Shown here: positions 57,511-64,000 of the stretch, piece by piece
Numbering within the stretch: position 1 is the first letter of the stretch
Layout of the letters: each line of letters begins with the position of its first letter
Assembly: GCF_006345805.1 (NCBI RefSeq)
Contig: NC_043004.1
Location: 71,114,001-71,178,000, forward strand
Direction: 5' to 3'
Length of the DNA stretch: 64,000 bases
DNA from: Octopus sinensis
Taxonomy: Eukaryota
Program-made: the position numbers and the translations under genes
The notes under the pieces: generated by a model
What the model was told of the DNA's origin: nothing
The model's database searches: none
The model's input: the letters and a program-made list of their open reading frames with translations, nothing else

Positions 57511-58789
57511 TAAAAAAAATCTTCGTGCACAGGCATAGCACGATAACAACATTGATTAAGCTTCGTGCAATGGCCATATTTGATAACGAGGGGGCAGCCA
57601 CCATGTATATGTGTATGTATGTATGTATGTATGCATGTATGTAGGTATGTATATACACAGGGAATGTGATATTCGTGACCGGGAACAGGACTCACGATAC
57701 CATGCTTAAGAGGGGAGCGAGAGTCGAGTACAGAGTGATAACAAGGAAATAAGGAAAAGGAGTAAAAATATTTTGTAGTGAACTTCATTAGCTGACAACT
57801 GTTTCTTCTAAAAATGCAGTGGATTCATAGTTCAGCGCGTGAGTAAACACATTATACCTTCATCGGAGCCGCAATCTGAGAAGCAATTTGAAACTGCATT
57901 TCGTGTTTGAGAGATAGGTAACGCGAGAGTTTAGAAGTAGAAAAATATATCTTTCTTTATTGCCCAGAGGTGGCTAAATATAGAGGGACAAACAAAGACA
58001 GAGAAAGGGTTAAGTCGATTACATTGACACCAGTGCATAACTGGTACTTCTTTTAATCGACCCCGAAATGATGGAAAGTAAGTCGGCCTTAGCTGAATTT
58101 AAACTCAGAACGTAACGGCAGACGAAATATATATGAGAAAGCATACATAAAACAGCTGAATGGGAAGGAACAAGACAAAGTGAAGTCAATGAAGGGAATG
58201 GTTATAAAGATAAATGTAGAAAGTAATAATAACAAAGAAAAACAAGAAATCCTACCAACGTACCATTAAATATTTTTAAAAAACATACAAATCTCCACCT
58301 ATACATACATACATAAATACATACATACAAACATAATACATACATACATACAGACGTACGTACGTATACAAGTAACCAGTTATTGATGTTGAAATTCCAA
58401 AGAATTTATCTAGATCAGACACCAGCTCTATATTGGCAATAAATCTTGGAATAAAACTGAATAATAACATACATGCACCCATATATATAAGAAAGATAGT
58501 TCAGGATATTTCGCTAAGAAGGTATATGTATCTGATCTGTTCCATATGATAAAACCGTGGTCAGTATTCTATCGCTATTTGGGATTCTGGACTCTGATCT
58601 GAACACTTATAGTGGTCAGTGGCTTGATCATGTAGATTAGAAACATTACTAAGGTCAAGGTGAACTACCTCGTCAGTAGCATTAACAGGTAAAATATTGT
58701 TTAAACGGTGAGACCGAGGCAGACCCTAAACCAGTTTAGACGGCATTTGAGTGCCTCCTTTGAAGGAGACCCCATTCGGCCATGAAAAG

Positions 58790-59080
58790 ACCATGGGATT
58801 GCACCTAAAAGTTACCCTCCGGGCAAGATTGTTTGTGGAAGGCTAGCAGTCGCCCATGCATACCAGCCTCCCCTCTACACACCACTGATGTTATCCAAGG
58901 GAAAGGCAAAGGCCGATACAGCTTGGCACCAGTGATGTCACAGCTCATTTCTACAGCTGAGTTAACTGGAGCAACGTGAGATGAAGTGTCTTGCTCAAGA
59001 ACACAACACAGCACTGTTCGGGAATCGAACTCACAACATCACGATCGTAAGCTCTACGCTCTAACCACTGAGCCATGCGC
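58790..59080 (-). mobile_element. tRNA-derived SINE (family of 9602-9905)
   Basis: Minus strand gcgcatggctcagtggttagagcg...gagttcgattcc...cttgagcaagacacttcatc. Confidence 0.7.
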
Positions 59081-62000
59081 ATCCACAGTAATGTGAGAAG
59101 AGAGTGTTACATAGATGTAATCAATTCTGCAAGTAATGTTACACTAGTAATAGAATATCATTTTTATAGAAACTTGGAGTGTAGTGCTGTTCCATGTGAA
59201 CCAAGGGCAACTATACGAGCCCACGCGACATGTAGCTAGCATAACAGGCGCGGGAAATGCGTAGCTACGTTTTGTCTTTTAGCTTGTCTGGTCTAGATGC
59301 TTTACACTCGAAATATTTATTCATTTATTCAACTACGGCCAGGTTGAGATACCGCATTCCAACAAATCGACAACAATTCTAAAAACAATAAATTCTAGTA
59401 CCATTTCTCGGATTATTTTGCCCGGTCGCTAATTTAAGAGGACGTAATGAAACCAACTGCGGCTATGAAACGAAGGTGGAGGGGACAAGTCGGTAGAATA
59501 TTTGCAGCGATGGATAGAAATAACCACGGGATTTTTCCGACCGTCTGTGATTTGAGTATGAATACCTTCGAGGTGAATTTTGGCTTTCATACATTCGAGA
59601 TTACGAAAAACACGAAGTGGCTCCCCAGGCCTGTGAATTTACAGAATAGTAAGAAAGTCGAGTTGTTATGTCTGCTTCTTACTAATATGAATGTTTGCTT
59701 CTTGACAAAGAGATGTATCGCCCCGTGTCTTTAGCCTTCCTCTTTGATAAACATCGGTGGAATCGAGAGGAGTGACTTACATGCATGAGTAAATATTGTG
59801 ATCCGCAAAAATCTCGCCCAGGTACGCACGGGTAGTTGTCTGGTTATTAAGCTTAACCGACAGACGATTTCTACTCGAAATCGTTAACATATGTAAACGT
59901 ATTTGTAACAACATTCAGCAGACAACACAAATTATAAATTGTTTTCAACATAGATGCAGAAATTTTTAGGCTGATCGTTAGTCGAATCAGTCCTAGAACT
60001 TCAGAGGTTGCTTATTTTACGGATCCTGAAAGAATGAAAGACGAAGTTGAACCATGCAGGATCTGAACTTATATCATAAATGAGGCAACAAATGCCGCAA
60101 ATCATATCTCCGATGCTTTAAACTAAATTTCCATTCCATTACCTTGGTGTCAGTAGTTTTACATATCTGACGGTTGATGCTGCAATGCATATTATGACGA
60201 TAGAGAAGTAATATTTAAGAAGTCATACCATTAAGTCAAAGATAAGAGTGTGATTCTTACGACTACATCAACTTGTATTTCTATTCAGTTACTTCCATTA
60301 AAAACATCTGATAATTATTTTCTTAACGAAAAGCATTAGATATCTCTTGAAATATATATTAATTAACTCATCAAGTTAAATATTAGAGTAAGTTAATGAT
60401 ATAGAAACGTTCATATATTCTACATTTGTTTATATATTTCATGTTCGTTTTTCTTTTTTTTATATATATATTTTTTATCTTACTGGAATATGACACGTTG
60501 AATTATTCAGAAAAAAAAATCATATTAACTGCTTCAAATTCATCACATTCAAATATTCCTGTTGCCTAAATGAAGGCAGTTGTCGGAGGAAATGTGATTA
60601 AATTATATTTCATTCGGAGTGATCTTTTCGTCTTTGATATATTCTGGCATTGCTAGTTGATATGTTGATATGCTGCAATAATCTAGTCAGACTGACCAGC
60701 AGAGGAATGCAATCACATTTGTCTCAAGAAAGAATAAAATAATAAATAAACAAACACTTTATATCTAAATGCAGTTTAGTGGAATGTGTCAGTTGTCAGA
60801 GAGATAGGAGTTTTTCACAGAGACGAATGGACACCAAACGGTATAGATATCTATGATGGCACTCAGTTGATTCTTTGCTAATTAGAGGCTTAACTGTTCC
60901 ACAGAGATAAGAGACATATCGCTGTCTGGCGACCGAAGCTGTCGGATTGACAAATACTTACGCAGCTTGTGTTACAGATCTGACATGGAGATTCTACATG
61001 ACAGTTTGCGATGAACGAAGCACTGGCGTCAGAGTTTACCGATGAAAGCAAACACTTGTGCAGTTCACATCGTGTCAACCTCTTTCTTACATTTGACTTC
61101 TTCTGTGAACTGCTTACTAAATAACTACACACACACACACACACACACATACACAAACACATACATATATACATAAATAAATACAAATATATATGTATAT
61201 TTGTATACACATATACACATACAGAGATGCCACATATATAAAAATAAACAGACACACAAACACACACATATGTCTGTCTGTATGTATGCATGCGTATGTA
61301 TATAATGCCACATCTGTATATGCATGTTCATATATACACGTGCATTACATGTTATATGTATATATGGTGGTGTATATATATGTATCACTTACAAGCAAAC
61401 TTATATTCGCAGCATTAAATATATTTACGTTATATACAGATATATAAACGTGTCTATACACTTCATGTATATACACGCACATGCACACAAGTATGTAAGT
61501 TTAAATATAAACAAATTCAAAGCATACACACACATACACACACATACACACATACATATACATACAAATATATATATATATATTATATATATATATATAT
61601 ATACTATGTGGTGTGGGTGTGTGGTGTATATACATATATTTATATATATATATGTATATATATATATTATTAATTATATAATATATATATATGTATATAT
61701 ATATATATTATATATAATATATATGTATATATAGATATATATATATATGGATGTAAATATGTTTATATATACGTATATATATATATATATATGTATGGAT
61801 GTATATATATGTATATATATATATATATATATAATATATATATATATATATGAATATTGATACATGCATATGTTTGCTACGTATATTTATATGCGTATGT
61901 GTATGCTGAACATAACACGTATGCCACATTCAATCATACATACATACATAATCATACAGGTTCCTTCACATTTCTCTAAGATTGCAAGATAAATTGAAAA

Positions 62001-62382
62001 GCAACTTCAAGTAGATTCTAATATAATAATATGCGGTGGCGTTCAGTTGCATGAGGAGTTATAGGAAAAATCAAAAGGCTTAAGACTGCTAATCAGAATA
62101 TGTGACAGCTTTCACTGAGATAGCCTTGGCTTAGGCAGGATATAGCTAGAGCATCATTTTAAATAGCCAGAGTACGTGTGGATCCATCCTCACATACATA
62201 CACTGAGCCACTTACATCTCCACGTGTCTCAGTAGATATATATATATATATATAATATATATATATATATACATCATGAATCCGTGTACACGGTTATTGT
62301 AGACGTATATATACTTATATATCTATATATAGGATATATATGCACAAATATACAAATATATGTATGTAGACTATATATATAT

Positions 62383-62426
<44 letters not shown>

Positions 62427-63100
62427 GTATATATATATATATACAATATACATATATATATATTATATATATAGATTAAGTCGTATGTGAATGCCTTAGT
62501 GTCATATGCTGTAATTACATGGTTTTATGGAATTATGAGCGGAAATGATGGCTACTACAAAAATGTTATGCTCACAGTGTTCAGGAGGAAAGTATATGTA
62601 TTTATGTGTGTATATATATATATACGCAATTTTGTGCGTGTATTTATATATGCGATATATATGAGCGAGCAATTTATGAATGCGTGCGAGATTATTTGTG
62701 AGAGTGTGCGCATGTGTAAGCGTTGAATTTTTGCGCGTTAATGTTACTGTGTCCTATAATAGACAGAAGAGAGAGAAGGAGCGCGAATAAGAGAAAGAAA
62801 GAGGGTGGCATGGAGAGCGATTGTGATAGAGAAAGAGAAAGAGAGAGAGAGAACGACAGTGACACAAGGAGTGCTTGGGAGAAATAGGGAAATTATATTT
62901 AACAGGTAGATCAATTGTTAGAGTAGTGAGCCCTGAACTATTAAAGCAATCACTTACCAACAACATTGATTTCTTATCGATTTTCATATTTCTGAGGCCT
63001 TTACACGCTTATGTGCCAAGTGAACCATGAAATTGAACTGGGTTAATTACTTACAGCGCTCACGCATGCATCATCTTCTCACAGATCCATAATGCAGTAG

Positions 63101-63166
<66 letters not shown>

Positions 63167-63361
63167 TCCCCCTGTATATCTACGTATGTATATCTATACA
63201 TCAATACATATTCATATATATGCACATGTATAGATATATGAAAACACATATATATACATACAAACAGTACATAGATACATGGGCGTTTTAGCATACATTT
63301 TATACACATCTACGTATATACACTTATGCATATATATATATATATATTATATATATATATG

Positions 63362-63393
<32 letters not shown>

Positions 63394-63488
63394 TCTCTAT
63401 CTATATATATATATATATTATATATATAAATATTATATATATATATATATATAATATATTATATATATATTATATATATATATATATA

Positions 63489-63649
63489 CAGGAGTGGCTG
63501 TGTGGTAAATAGCTTGGTAACCAACCACTTGGTAACGGGTTCAGTCTCACTGCGTGGCTTCTTGGGCAAGTGCCTTCTGCTATAGCCCCGGACCGACCAA
63601 TGCCTTGTGAGTGGATTTGGTAGACGGAAACTGAAAGAAGCCTGTCGTA

Positions 63650-63689
<40 letters not shown>

Positions 63690-63897
63690 TATGTGTGTTT
63701 GTTTGTCTGTTTTGTCCCCCTAGCATTGCTTGAAAACCGATGCTGATGTGTTTACCTCCCCGTCACTTAGCGGTTCGGCAAAACAGACCGATAGAATAAG
63801 TACTGGGTTTACAAAGAATAAGTCCCGGGTCGATTTGCTCGACTAAAGGCGGTGCTCCAGCATGGCCGCAGTCAAATGAATGAAACAAGTAAAAAAA
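63489..63897 (+). mobile_element. Near full-length CORE-type SINE
   Basis: Matches 7645-8055 along its length. Confidence 0.85.
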
Positions 63898-64000
63898 AAA
63901 TAAAAAAAATATGTGTGTATATTTACATGTCTATGTATACGATTTATATGTGTGTAACTATGGAAGTCTGTTTTTCTAGTTTAACTATCTATTTGTATGT

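Noticed and set aside
63035-63085. Possible Penelope-type hammerhead relic on the minus strand
   Set aside because: Both core boxes are broken; too degenerate to call.

Overview
AT-rich, repeat-dense animal genomic DNA, most consistent with an octopod cephalopod (inferred from the SINE families, C2H2 zinc-finger remnants and very long TA/TAA/ATGT microsatellites). The only host gene I can support is the 3' (7TM) half of an adhesion-GPCR-like gene, present twice tail-to-tail in a large inverted duplication (left arm ~4.4-15.4 kb, right arm ~26.0-33.4 kb). The right copy has an open frame across four exons; the left copy has a 1-bp frameshift. The arms are near-identical over the gene and much more diverged beyond it, and they act as each other's empty sites for a 2.8-kb composite Helitron, an RTE and a SINE. 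The rest is transposon material: R4/Dong-like and HERO-like RLE non-LTR elements, CR1-like and RTE LINEs, Helitrons, mariner, piggyBac and Gypsy remnants, and several SINE families. The most striking observation is in the TA-rich zone at 40-50 kb, where two unrelated non-coding repeat units carry minimal type I hammerhead ribozyme motifs. One is a head-to-tail ~600-bp tandem with a hammerhead at each junction, the layout of retrozyme/Penelope-type elements that can yield circular RNA. All alignments and structure calls were made by eye; no searches were run.
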